64,000 nt of DNA from the NCBI RefSeq assembly GCF_003918875.1, contig NW_025767547.1:124001-188000 (forward strand), in the 5' to 3' direction. The DNA is from Haliotis rubra (lineage: Eukaryota). Shown here in pieces: positions 50,901 through 62,490 of the stretch. Below the pieces are notes generated by a model. The model was not told the origin of the DNA. It did no database searches and was given only the letters and a program-made list of their open reading frames with translations. The first letter of the stretch is position 1. Every line of letters starts with the position of its first letter. The translations under genes and the position numbers were made by a program.

Positions 50901-53803
50901 ATTGAGCATAGAACAGAGCGGTCTGTCTGCCATCATTGAGCATAGAATAGTAAGGTCTATCTGCCATCATTGAGCATTGAATAGTAAGGTTTATCTGCTA
51001 TATTGAGCATAGAATAGCGACGTCTATCTGCCATCATTGAGCATAGAATAGCAAGGTCTATCTGCCATCATTGAGCATAGAATAGCGACGTCTATCTGCC
51101 ATCATTGATGATAGAATAGAGAGGACTGTCTGCCATCATTGAGCATAGAATAGCAAGGTCTATCTGTCATCATTGAGCATAGAATAGCGACGTCTATCTG
51201 CCATCATTGAGCATAGAATAGCAAGGTCTATCTGCCATCATTGAGCATAGAACAGAGAGGACTGTCTGCCATCATGGAGCATAGAACAGAGAGGTCTATC
51301 TGCCATCATTGAGCATAGAACAGAGCGGTCTGTCTATCTGCCATCATTGAGCATAGAATAGCAAGGTCTATCTGCCATCATTGAGCATAGAATAGCAAGG
51401 TCTATCTGCCATCATTGAGCATAGAATAGCAAGGTCTGCCGTCATTGATGATAGAATAGAGAGGACTGTCTGCCATCATTGAGCATGGAACAGCATGGTT
51501 ACCCATTTTGTTCTTGGAAGTTGGGGATGGAGGGTGTCAGCAATTGTGTACACATGTACTAAGGGGTCAGCAATTTTTGTACACAAAAATATTATAAAAT
51601 TATGCTCTGAAATTATGGGAAGGGAGGGTTGGGGCAATGATTTTGTACATGACATTGGGGGGGGGGGTCATTCACATTGTACATGCTTTTCCTTAAATAT
51701 CATCATCATATCACACACACACCTAGCCATACATTGTGTACAGTCTCTAGATCTATCTGCCATCAGCATAGAGTAGGTACATATGTCTGATATCCCTCAT
51801 CCATGAATTGCATATTTCTGTTTCAGGCTTACAAACTGGAGTTCTTGGCAGCCATGACAAAACAGAAACTTGATGTCATTCTGTCGCCAACAATGGCACT
51901 TCCTGCCATACCCCTTGGCAAGGCAGCTGAGAGCACAGGTAGAACAGATGCTCATTACAACCCCCTCCATAACTTTCAAAATCAATAGATGGCAGTTGCA
52001 ATTTCCTCCTCATGTGTTTCAGCTGCTGTTACGTACACCACCCTCTACAATGTGCTCAACTTTCCTGCTGGCAGTCTGCCTGTAACCAAGGTTACTGAAG
52101 ATGACCAAAAGAAGTTAGAGGAGGTTTATCCAACAAATACCATCCATGAAAAGATGACCAAAAAGGTGAGTACCAATACGGGGGTTAATCAAATTGGTCA
52201 GTGAAATGTAATTGAATAAATAACTACAGTCAGTTCAGATGGGCTACTTACAGAAGAAACAAACTAAGTGCCCTTGGAATGCTTTTTTTGTTATTTTATT
52301 CAAGGTTTTTTTAAGGTCTTAAGGGGGGAACTGTACATGAAAAAATCACAGAAGAACCACACCTATACCTGCACCTTGTGAAGTGAGTCTAATAAGTTTT
52401 AACAAAGTCATTCGTTTATCAGTCAGGCACTGATGATGTCATTTCCAAGGGACATAAACCATGTGTTTATTGTGGACATAGAACTCTCGGTTATTGCGGA
52501 AAATTTGAATATCGATATAACGCAATAAAATAAATTGGTTACTTCAGTTATCTGTTCTGTTTTGGCTGTAAAACTCCTTGACAAACACTTTTTATGATGG
52601 GAAAAACTACAAGAAAAAAAGGTTATTTTTCGTGTAAACTTGCCCTTTAGTGCTTGAATTCAGATATTATTTCAACATTTTTTAAAATGCTGTATATGTT
52701 TTAAAAGAAAAGGTGAAATCTCTGTCTCTTAATTATCAGAGATATCATCAGTTCTAATTTTTGTTTGAGCAAGTTGGAATTCAGAGTTGGTAATTTTGCT
52801 GTAGATATGGAGCTGAATATGGACCTCTGAGCCTTCTAAATCCCTGCCTCATGATGGGCCTTATGTGTAGACACAGTTTTACAGGAATTGTCTGTTTTAA
52901 CTGTGTGACTGAGGCTTTCATAGGCTGAGGTGGTGTGAAGTGAAATGAAGGAATTTAAGTCATGTTACAGATTATTGCAATCATATATGTAGTGGCTTGT
53001 ATGTGTGTGGTGTGGGGGTGGGGGGTGTTTGTTGAGGGAATGATGGGGTGATGTTTATGTGTTGTGTGTAGGTGGTGTGTTTGTGGGGAGAGGGCATGAT
53101 GATTTTGTCTAATGGATGGGAATGTGTGTACATATTAGTGTTGGGAATTGGTTAAAATCTCGTAATTGATGATTGGTTCATTACAACCGATCAATCTTCT
53201 AAAATAATTGGTTAGCGTCATTTATGAAATTTTCCTGGTTATTTTTGTTAATGCACAATAAAATAAAGAAAATACATGCAGTTCCTTGGGGTGATTTTTG
53301 CAAATTGCACATCTTTAAAGGATGACTAGTATGTAGGAACATAAATTTCTTGTCGTCTTTAAATTAAATTCAGTTGTGACTTGGAACGAGCATGTTGTGT
53401 TCATGAAATGTAACAGACAAAACCAACCGTGTGAAAAATATTGTTAATGCAAAAAGTGTTCCAGAATTGTTTGTGTTCGATTATGAGAAAACATGATCGA
53501 TTGCTTGGTCGTTTAGTCACTGCGACCAATCTTCGATTTTTTCAATTAATCGGACCACCACTAGTACATATATGTGGAAGGGAAGGGGGGTGTACTGCGG
53601 TGGTGTTTAGGGGGAGGAGGGGGTGCTGGTATGCGGACTATACGGATTTGAGAGTGATGGCTAATGTTCCCCACTTCATCCTCCAGATGTCTAGAGGAAG
53701 CGATGGCCTGCCAGTCAGTGTCCAGTGTGCAGCCCGGCCCTTCCAGGAGGAGCTCGTTCTGAGAGTTATGAAGGACATCGAACAGGAAGTGAAGTACAAG
53801 TGA
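29944..53803 (+). CDS. FAAH: FAAH/VDHAP-like amidase-signature hydrolase, paralog B, complete (580 aa, 17 coding exons)
   Basis: Exons 29944-30144, 31479-31592, 32171-32227, 34100-34189, 35200-35271, 37103-37164, 37694-37900, 41050-41090, 42248-42372, 43195-43320, 44795-44892, 46294-46393, 48001-48038, 49839-49878, 51827-51938, 52023-52165, 53687-53803 sum to 1743 nt, all GT-AG and in frame. N-terminal TM-like segment, [12 protein letters not shown] (catalytic Lys), [12 protein letters not shown] and [11 protein letters not shown] (cis-Ser and nucleophile Ser). Confidence 0.95.
30203..30416 (-). mobile_element. SINE family 2 copy
   Basis: Homologous to 42415-42660 and 63475-63680. Confidence 0.75.
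30566..31054 (+). mobile_element. HINE/DINE-1-like (Helentron-associated) non-autonomous element
   Basis: Subterminal IR TGTCCCC / GGGGACA, GTCC microsatellite, two internal repeats with TGACCTTGACCTTATTTTCAAGGTCAC, 3' hairpin TGCCA..TGGCA then CACTTGTT. Confidence 0.7.
32440..33500 (-). mobile_element. Degenerate L2-clade LINE 3' fragment
   Basis: [11 protein letters not shown] and [38 protein letters not shown] are typical L2 RT C-terminal motifs. Confidence 0.8.
34371..34865 (+). mobile_element. Truncated Tc1-like element (5' end with transposase HTH start)
   Basis: Starts TACTACAAACAAAAAGTATGGGAACAC. From 34734 it reads [42 protein letters not shown]. Confidence 0.65.
36081..36474 (-). 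mobile_element. Non-autonomous element with terminal palindrome (same architecture as 21622-22860, different sequence)
   Basis: IR TTATCATCCAAAAT / ATTTTGGATGATAA followed by a long hairpin (about 36320-36470) ending TCTCTATTTA. Confidence 0.6.
37870..40363 (+). repeat. 52-bp minisatellite made of the exon-7 3' end and splice donor, about 48 copies
   Basis: Unit CCGTGGCCTCAAACCGACCGTGGAGAGACTTGG|GTAAGCTAGTCATACAATA. The first copy is the real exon/intron junction at 37900/37901. Confidence 0.97.
41585..42126. mobile_element. hAT-like MITE
   Basis: TIRs GTGTTCCCCCTAGG / CCTAGGGGGAACAC and subterminal AAAGGGCA repeats. Confidence 0.75.
42415..42660 (-). mobile_element. SINE family 2 copy
   Basis: Near full-length copy with (CCAA)n tail. 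Confidence 0.8.
43311..44617 (+). repeat. Minisatellite of about 17-35 bp (AGGGTCA(C/A)ACTGGGTGT) seeded at the exon-10 end
   Basis: The exon end AGGTCACACC|GTATGTAG is the first, recognisably related unit. Confidence 0.9.
45345..45915. repeat. 57-bp minisatellite, about 10 copies, mid-intron
   Basis: Unit GGAGGTGTTATCTCCCTATGGCTTGTCCTGCTGGACCTGTCAGGCACTGAGACCAAT. Confidence 0.95.
46381..47830 (+). repeat. Minisatellite of about 28-30 bp containing the exon-12 3' end and donor
   Basis: First unit GGTGCAGCTCATT|GTGAGTATATGGAGG. Later units mostly read GGTGCAGCTCATTGTGTGTA. Confidence 0.95.
48278..48356. repeat. (CACT)n microsatellite
   Basis: Seen directly. Confidence 0.95.
48658..49141 (+). 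mobile_element. hAT-type MITE family 1, diverged copy
   Basis: Same termini as 62100-62490 with a different interior and no clear TSD. Confidence 0.75.
49920..51490. repeat. Minisatellite of about 32-34 bp (TCTATCTGCCATCATTGAGCATAGAACAGAGAGG), about 47 copies
   Basis: Starts about 40 nt after the donor of the 40-bp exon 49839-49878. Confidence 0.95.
53136..53563 (-). mobile_element. hAT-type MITE family 1
   Basis: Reverse orientation with a perfect 8-bp TSD GTACATAT. Confidence 0.9.
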
Positions 53804-55140
53804 ACAGCATTCTGGGAGTAACCTTGCACATGGACTAACACTTTTACACAAGAGATCAAATGAATTCCACAACTAGACTTGTCTAATAGTTGATCACTCA
53901 GTTATCTTAGCGCTAAAGTGATCAGAACTGCAAATACTTTAAAATAAGATTATTGATTGATTTTAGGTTAAAGTATTTAAGATATGATGGTCTTGATCAC
54001 TTCATGGAACAGGACTCAGACCCCGTCTGGTAGTTGACCAGTTGTCGCCATTTTCTTTTAATGTTATTTCTGAAATATTCCGTGTATGGATTTGGCACTT
54101 TTGATAACTAGATTTTTGTCAAATAATCGCAGTTGCATATATTTTTGTCCATGGAAAGTTTGAGTAGAATTTTCTTATAATGCAATGAGACAAAAGCATA
54201 ATGGTGGAAACAGAAATTTCCATTGGACTCTATGTACTAGTTATCGCCATCTCTAAACAGCATGTGATAATGTGCACCGATTCAGTTATATAAACTGAAA
54301 TTTTAATTAAATCTGGTATCACTTCTTTTCAATGAAATGTCAAAGAAATGTTTCAACAATTTGCCGTCTGCCACCTGACATGAACCAAATGCGATCTACG
54401 CATGATACAATGGCAATAACTGGTCCTTAGTTACAACTGGTTGCTAGGTATCTGGGTTAGAGTCCTGGCCCTGTTCCTCAAAGCGATTGTAGCGCTACGA
54501 CAGTCGTAAGTCTATGTTAAAGTGTGGGAGTTAGCTCTATGATTGCTTTGTGGAATGGGCACCTGATCTTTTTTCAGTATTGCGCAAGAATGACAATTGT
54601 AACTGTACTCCGACATCACTTGATGGTGCTAGCTGGCTTGTTTAACAACAGCTTGAGTCTGGCTATGGATGTCTGTTGTATAATCTGTATGGTTCCTCTC
54701 ATGTATTATATTGTTTGCTTGTGTAAATTGGGGGAATGTGACTTAGATGTGTAGAAACCTATAGAAATAGTCATGGTGAGCTTAGTCTCTAGAATTAGTC
54801 CTTGAAGTAGTGAAAAACTACGATTTCTTGCCAAAATGTAGCAAGTGTTACAAAAAACCAAAAGTCTGATATGAACTGTGGTCATGTTGGATATAACACT
54901 AGGTGGCATCTTGTGAGGCTGAATATGAAGGACGTGTCTTGGACACAGGCTCAGGACTATGAAACCTGAGCACCAGTTATTTTTGTTGTCCATAAATACT
55001 TTGTAAATGTCCCGTTTTATCTGTTATCCATGCTTGTTGACTGACATAGTACATAAACTAAGGCCTTCCGAGTTGTGTTTCTCGGTATTCCTGGTAGAAA
55101 AAAAGTCCCAAAACATTCCTGCCAAATCAATTTTGTTTAT

Positions 55141-58100
55141 TTTTTCTTATCCTGACTCATGATCTTTTGCTTATCTTCCTTTTCCTTGCAAATGGTAGTG
55201 GAACACTTGAACCCCTTGAAGTTCCCGAAGCGGACGTAAAAATACACTCACCCACGAGTTACCTCCCTTTTCCCGCGTAAACCGTCATGTGACCAGCCTT
55301 ACTTGTCACTCTCTCCCTTTTCGCTCAAGTGGATGGTTGAGCGAGCACTGGAGTCCCGTATACGGCATTATATCCTATACATTTAGTTCCTATTCTTCAA
55401 AATTACGCTGTGTATGGATTTGGCAATAACTACTATGTATTATATGTAAAAAAATTGTAAAAATTATTTGTATTTGTATACGAATAACCAAGCCTATGGG
55501 CACCTATCTGCAGCATCGAGGTCTACACAGTGCCGGTTATCTGGACGACGGCATACAGGTTCTTCAAAGTGCCAATCAACTCAGACAGCAGCTAAACTTC
55601 ACAATTAAGTTGCTCACGCAACTAGGATGGCTAGTGAACCTGATGAAGTTGGAGTTAGAATCAAACAAGATCTTCAATTGCTGGGAATAAGAATTATCAC
55701 AACACATAAAATCGAATTGTGGTCCCAGAAGATCATTGGGTCAAGATACAAGCCATGATTCCACAAGCAGTCATCTCTCCGTTAACACTACGAACATGGC
55801 AATGTCTACTCGGTCTACTAACCTCGGCGCAGACTTGACTTGCACAGGAAGATTACAACTAAGGCCGCTGCAACAGTTCCTGACAAAACATCTGGACAGC
55901 GTCGACCCTATCTTGCTGCCAGACAATCTTAAGAGGTACCTACTTTGGTGGACCCACAGGTCGAACGTCTGCGGAGGGACCTAATTACAAGAGCCGGCCT
56001 TCAACACACATCTCTACGTAGACGCATCGATACAAGGTTGGGGTGCACATCTCAACAATTAAGTTGCATCAAGGAAGTGGTCCAAACAGAGCAGCATCTT
56101 CACATCAATCTGCTGGAGATGAAAGCTGTGATCAATGCCTTACAACTAAGGTCGAGCTCGCTGATCAACAGAATGCTGATGGTCCACACGGACAACTCTA
56201 CAGTGGCATTCTCCATAAATCGGCAAGGATCTACAAGATCACCAAGCCTACTACAGCTCACATTCCAGTTGTTTGACATCATGGAGGAGGCAAACATCTG
56301 GATAAAGGCGTGTCACATACCCGGAGCCAAGAACATGCTTGCAGACGCTCTCTCCCGACCACTGCACCCCTCACCTACAGAATGGATGCACCATCCAGAA
56401 ACATTTCGGCTCATCATAAGGGAAATAGGATCCCCATGCATAGACCTGTTTGCCACGAGGTTCAACAAACAACTACAGACATTTCTCTCACCAGTTCCAG
56501 ATCCTCAAGCCTGGGCAACAGATGTACTGAACATATCATGGGAAGGACTAAACACTTATGCGTTTCCACCACTGATATTACTACCGAAAGTACTGTTGAA
56601 GATCAAACAGACACAGGCGCTACAACTGACCTTGGTTGCGCCATACTGGCCAGCGAGAATATGGTTCCTAAACCTAATAGAAGATCTCGGAAGTCCTACA
56701 ATCACGTTACCAGATTGGTCGAACCTACTCATACATCCGCACACCAAGCAAGTCCACAGGAACCAAACACTGTTCATTGCGATGAGAGCTACTCATCCTC
56801 AAGTGGCGGAATTCTTGTGTCATCTTAGACAGACCAGACATCTAAAAGGTTCGACATTATGCCTATTTCCATGGTAATCACTGTACTGATGGCGTCGTGG
56901 TATGTAGATAAAGTGGACGAGAGTACCAGAATTACTTGCTCTGCTGAGATCTTTTAAACTAGAGGACCAGCAAAAGAAGTCCAGAGCTCCGGCCTGGGAT
57001 CTGAATGTAATTCTACGTCCTATGATGCCTACGAACCTATAGACCAGACTACACTCGAGCTGCTGACACAGAGGACTCTGTTCCTGCTTGCGCTAGCCAC
57101 GGCAGCTCGGATATCAGAGATACATGCGCTGGACTTTGGTTGAACCAGATTCGACACGGAGCAACATGCTGCAGTTCATCTAGGACTTAGATGGGACTTC
57201 ATTGCCAAGAACCAACTACCTGGTCAGCCAGATAGACAGTTCCACGTACCAGTGCTATCCACAATCCTCGGACCAGAGGATATAGAGGACCTATCCTTGT
57301 GTCCGGTCAGAGCCCTGAAGATATATCTTCAAAGACTAAGACAAGGAGACGAAAATTCAAGCGCCTATTCATCCCATTATCCACAGAGACATCAGCAGAA
57401 GTCTCAAGAACGACCATATCGTTCTGGATGAGAGCCGTCATATTGAGAGCCTATAAAGCAGCAGGATTAGAGCCTCCAAGAGCTTCCAACCCACACGAAG
57501 TCAGAGCATTGGCGTCAACACTAGCTCTGCATGGAAATTGCTCTATATCAGCAATTATGGAGGGCTGCTTTTAGAAGTCGGACATGGTGTTTGCCAACCA
57601 CTACCTCGGAGACATAGCCACTGAAGTCGTCTCAGGCATTCACCAATTTGGGCCTCTCGTTGTAGCACAGCTACTAACGGCTCCACAAAGACGCTGAGTT
57701 GGAAAATCTCACCCTTTATCACGTTGACTTGTTGATAACTTTAACTAAAGAAAAGTATTAGTTTGAAAGTCCATGCGCACAGTCTAGGACAGGCTAGCAT
57801 GAGTGATTAAAGATCCTGTACGGGTAAAGATCTTACCTGTACGTGAAGGGGTCGCAACTCATTTATGATAAAGATCTTATCATAATCTATGGGTTGTTAT
57901 AAGATACCTAGTAATATGAAGATACTAGTTTATCTGAAGCCACATGAATCAAGACGATTCAACTTGTCTGAGATGGAAGTAAGACAAGAAGTGGTCCCCC
58001 CCCGAGTTATAACGGAAGTTGGAAGAATAGGATCACGGAAATGCCGCTATGCAGTTCCCATGGGGGGGATACAGGACGTATCTAAGGACAACTGATGAAT

Positions 58101-58425
58101 CCAGGAAGTGGCTTGACCACCACCAATCCGTTGGATTCTATAAGCAAAAGATCATGAGTCAGGATAAGTAAAAATATGTAATGTTTCAAGTAAAATTGAT
58201 ATTTTTATACTTATCCTGACTCATGAGGTCAAGCCCTCCCTACCTCCCCGCTGGAAACACTTCGGAATGAGGTAAGTCGTGGGTGAGTGTATTTTTACGT
58301 CCGCTTCGGGAACTTCAAGGGATTCAAGTGTTCCACTACCATTCGCAAGGAAAAGGGAGATAAGCAAAAGATTATGAGTCAGGATAAGTATTAAAATATC
58401 AATTTTACTTGAAAAATTACATTTT
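55141..58425 (+). mobile_element. DIRS1-type tyrosine-recombinase retrotransposon, internally deleted and degenerate
   Basis: ITRs at about 55141-55266 and 58269-58390 plus a right extension, and an internal complementary region at about 58141-58226. RT YLDD (about 55538); RNase H DAS..GWGA, HINLLEMKAV, TDN, ADALSR; methyltransferase-like IDLFAT..YAFPP; YR LLALATAARISEIHAL, LCPVRAL, PHEVRA. Stops and frameshifts are present and gag is missing. Confidence 0.93.
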
Positions 58426-58947
58426 TGTTTTTTAAATATTTGTAATTCTATTATTTTATAATTTTTGATAAATCTGACCTTTTTTGCCAAAAATGTGTCC
58501 AAGAAACATTTGTTTTCGAGCCTTAGTGGTTGGTATTTTTGTATTAGAGAATTGTGTTCTGTTGAAATATTGGATTTCTTCTTAAAAGTTGATGCCTATG
58601 ATTTATTGGACATAATATGTTTGGATGACCACATTGTCTATATGATGCACATTGTTGACTCATACTGTTTTACACTCTAGCATCTGCACTTGTTTTAACC
58701 AGATATATGCAACTGTTGTGTTTTTACTGCATATCATTATACTGATGTATGAGTTGTGAATTATGAAACAGCTATTCACATTTATACTGATTCCCTCAGT
58801 TTATGAGTGGTGTGGTGTAACAGTTGTCAAAGAAATCACATTTGGTTGTGCAGAGTAGCCTCCCTTATTCCTACCAGAATTTTGTGATCCTTGGTTTGTC
58901 AAAACCACGTGTTCAAAGCTGTCACTGAAGTTGTGAATATCTACAAC

Positions 58948-59255
58948 CTGTGTGCGAAATAGTTTCGAAATGCCTGAAAGTTACAAGCCCACAGAATAAT
59001 TCACTAGCCAGAAATTTGAATGTAAAAACTAAGCAAAAGGTTACAAAAAGGTAAAATAACATCATTTTTCAGGCCATAATCTTACCTTATTATTTAAAAG
59101 TGTATTATAACTTATCAAGTCGGAGAGAAGGATATATTTAAAAGATGACCCCATGAAAATTCACTAGCCTTTCAGGCCAGTGACTGTAGATTTACTGGCC
59201 TGACTGCATTTTTACTAGCCACAGGCTAGCAGGCCAGTTGCTATTTCGCACACTA
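58948..59255. mobile_element. hAT-type MITE
   Basis: TIR GTGTGCGAAATAG / CTATTTCGCACAC with 8-bp TSD TCTACAAC. Confidence 0.85.
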
Positions 59256-59410
59256 TCTACAACCTGCATCAGTTTGAATCCACATCACTTATTTGTCTCC
59301 CTCATTCGAAGTGTTGCCATGGTGAAGACGATAAGTGTCTGCCAGGTGAGTGGATTCTCAGTTGTGCGATCCTGGCTGCGTTATATCCACAGACGCTAAT
59401 AGAGGGTATA

Positions 59411-59990
59411 CAGTCGAGCACCGTTGTCTCGATATTCATGGGACCAAGAAAAAAATATCAAGTTTTCTGAACTCCGAGACATCCGACCAGGGCATATCGT
59501 CACATATCACTATGAAAGAAAACTAAACGCTTCTCAGTATGTTTTGATTCAAAACTATAATCCGTTATCAGTCGTGTTTAGTCGTAACAGTGAGTACTTC
59601 CTAATTAATTCCTTGTTATTTAATCCTAATTACATAACAAACAAGTGACACCTTCAACTCAATTAGCCCTAATTAGTTTACACTACAGCATCCGTTTGAT
59701 TCATGCCGCACCGTGTGTAAACGTGTGGAAACAACCTCAGTTCAGAGGGATACTTGCCCATGAAAGGTACATGAATATCGAGTTTCTTTGCAAATATCGA
59801 GTTAAAAGGGTAATTTTGCTTGTTGGGACCTTGAAATTATATCGAGATATCCGAAATATCGAGAAAACCGTATCGAGTTAAAAGAGCTTGAATAATGATA
59901 ATTTATGAAGGATTTTGCCGGGACGGAGATGTTATATCGAGACAACCAAGATATTGAGTTATCAGGGTTCAACAAAACGGTGCTCAACTG
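59411..59990. mobile_element. Tc1/mariner (pogo-like) MITE
   Basis: TIRs CAGTCGAGCACCGTT / AACGGTGCTCAACTG flanked by TA. Confidence 0.85.
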
Positions 59991-60065
59991 TATTTTGTTA
60001 CCCCCGCCAGGGCTCTGTTGTGCAAAGTAATCTTAGCACTAAGACTGTCATAAGTCTTTGTTAAG

Positions 60066-60241
60066 GCGGGGCGGTGAGGTAGCCTTGCGGTTAAAGCACC
60101 CACTCGTCATGCGGAGGACCCGGGTTCGAATCCCAACATGGGTACAATGTCTAAAGCCAATTTCTTGTGTCCCCGCCGTGATATTGCTGGAACATTGCTA
60201 AAAGCAGCGTAAAACCAAAGTCACTCACTCACTCACTCACT
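60066..60241 (+). mobile_element. tRNA-derived SINE family 1
   Basis: Family consensus with (ACTC)n tail. It splits a short palindromic MITE. Confidence 0.85.
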
Positions 60242-60506
60242 ATGTAAGCATTGGGAGTTATGGTCACCTTAGCGCTAGTGCCACTTTGTACAACGGCAAC
60301 CTGGTGCTAGGCATTAAGCTGGTAAAACAAGGACTGACTGTCACAGAGGCAGGATGCTGTGTCAATCCAGGTATCCATGTTTTCGTGCGAGGAGCAGCCA
60401 CATGAACACACGTGTGTGCATGTCCACGTGCGAGAACTACAATCTTGAAAGCAATGTTGAACACAATTGACCTCATCTCACCTCTTCTTTATATGTAACA
60501 AGGAAT

Positions 60507-60872
60507 TAGGGCTGGATGTTAAAAATCGATAATAGAAAATATTGTCGATAAGAAAAATACTAATGATTATCATTAGGAAAATAGTTTCATCGATAATATC
60601 GTGCAGAAACTTTTGTTATAGAATAAAGTTTTAGTTTACTCACACAAGACACAAAGTCAGGTTTTTAATCATGGCTGCTTCTAAATTATGTTCAGGAGGC
60701 AGCTTTTTTAGTAGCCCATGCATAAACAGGTCACCGCTTACCAGTGATGTGAAATGTATCCATTTCTTTTGATGTTTTTTTTGTATTGTTTGTCCAAGTA
60801 ACTTCTCTGATATCTATCAATAATCATCGATATTTAGTTAAAGTTTTAATCAATCTCTATTATCCAGCTCTA
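60507..60872. mobile_element. hAT-like MITE
   Basis: TAGGGCTGGAT / ATCCAGCTCTA ends with a degenerate 8-bp TSD CAAGGAAT/CAAGGGCT. Confidence 0.7.
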
Positions 60873-61204
60873 CAAGGGCTATACACCAATTCCATCTTGC
60901 CATAACTTCACCCAATGAAATTGACCCGCATGCTGTTATCCGTTACAGTTGTTCATACAAGGTAACTAATCCGATTGGGTGGTCACTGTTCAGGGTGGAT
61001 TGCATGGTCGATAGCCTATCAGTATCTTAACACTAGGAATCATTGCTCATGATATCAATCGCTGGTTTGTCCAGTTCTTCCTGATTATTCATAGCTTTGA
61101 ATTTTATATTGAATACTGTTAAGTGTGGTTTTTAAAAACAAATAATGACATTGAAACATCCTACTTGGATTATTGACAACAGTGTTCCCTGTTCCTCATA
61201 GCGA

Positions 61205-61373
61205 GGGGCGGTGGGGTAGCGTAATGGTTAAAGCGTTGGCTCTTCACGCCGAAGACCCGGGTTCGAATCCCCACATGGGTACAATGTGTGAAGCCAATTT
61301 CTGGTGTCCCCCGCCGTGATGTTGCTGGAATATTGCTGAAAGCGGCGTAAAACCAAACTCAGTCAAGTCAGTC
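61205..61373 (+). mobile_element. tRNA-derived SINE family 1
   Basis: Nearly identical to 28342-28507, with TSD TCCTCATAGC. Confidence 0.9.
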
Positions 61374-61548
61374 CTCATAGCAATTTTAGTGCTATGATGA
61401 TCAGAACATCATTGTTTTAATGTAAACTTTCGACAGGTCAGCTTGTGAACAATTACTGTTCATCAACCTATATTATCAGCTTAATGTCAAACTATTCTGT
61501 GCTACATGCATATGGTTGAACAGTTCATTATGTTTGTGAATGCAAAGA

Positions 61549-61714
61549 CTGACTGACTGAGTTTGGTTTTACTCGGCTTTTAGCAATATTCCAGCAACAT
61601 CACGGGGGGGACACCAGAAATGGGCTTCACACATTGTACCCATGTGGGGATTCGAACCCGGGTCTTCGGCGTGACGAGCCAACGCTTTAACCACTAGGCT
61701 ACCCCACCGCCCCA
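61549..61714 (-). mobile_element. tRNA-derived SINE family 1
   Basis: Reverse copy with TSD AATGCAAAGA. Confidence 0.9.
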
Positions 61715-61892
61715 TTAATGCAAAGATAACTCATGACTTTTATCACAAGATCTATGCAGGAAAATCCAGAGTCTGTCGGTGACTTTAGCATGCTAGAAAC
61801 CTAGATCAGGTTGTAAATGCTGTTTAGCCCTGGTTCTGCATCTGTGTCTTCACAACCATTCTTGTGCTGCTGGGGTTCTTCTATTCTAATCA

Positions 61893-62060
61893 GTGGGGTA
61901 GCGGCGTGGTTAAGGTGCTTGCTCATCATGCCAAAAACATGGGTTCAAATCCCAACATAGGTACAATGTGTGAAGCCCATTTCTAGTGCCCCGTGTTATA
62001 TTGCTGGAATATTGTGGGAAGGTGCCTAGACCATACTCACACTCATTACTCACTCACTCA
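61893..62060 (+). mobile_element. tRNA-derived SINE family 1, older copy
   Basis: Diverged match to the family. Another copy lies at about 62777-62925. Confidence 0.75.
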
Positions 62061-62099
62061 GTGTTACAGCTATCATCAGTTGTTAGGGGTTGTGAGTTC

Positions 62100-62490
62100 T
62101 AGTGGTGGTCCGATTAATTGAAATAATCGAAGATTGGTCGTAGTGACAAAACGACCAAGCAATCGATCATAATTTCTCATAATCGAACACAAACAATTCT
62201 GGAACACTTGTTTTCATTAACAATATTTTTTACATGTTTGGTTTTGTCTGTTACATTTTGTAAGCACTGCAAGCTCGTTTCTAAGAAATTTATGTTCCTA
62301 ACATACTAGTCATCCTTTAAAGATGTGAAATTTTGTCAAAAAAAACACCTAAAAGAACTACATGTTTTTTTCCTTATTTTTATGTGTATTAACAAATTTC
62401 ATAAATGACGCTAACCAATTATTTTCGATGATTGATCGATAGTGATGAACCAATCATCAATTATGAGCTTTGAACCAATTCCCAACACTA
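62100..62490 (+). mobile_element. hAT-type MITE family 1
   Basis: TAGTGGTGG...CCCAACACTA with a perfect 8-bp TSD GTGAGTTC. Confidence 0.9.

Noticed and set aside
9535-53803. Functional cGLR-FAAH immune-lipid gene cluster
   Set aside because: Adjacency alone is not evidence in an animal genome; it would need conserved synteny or co-regulation.
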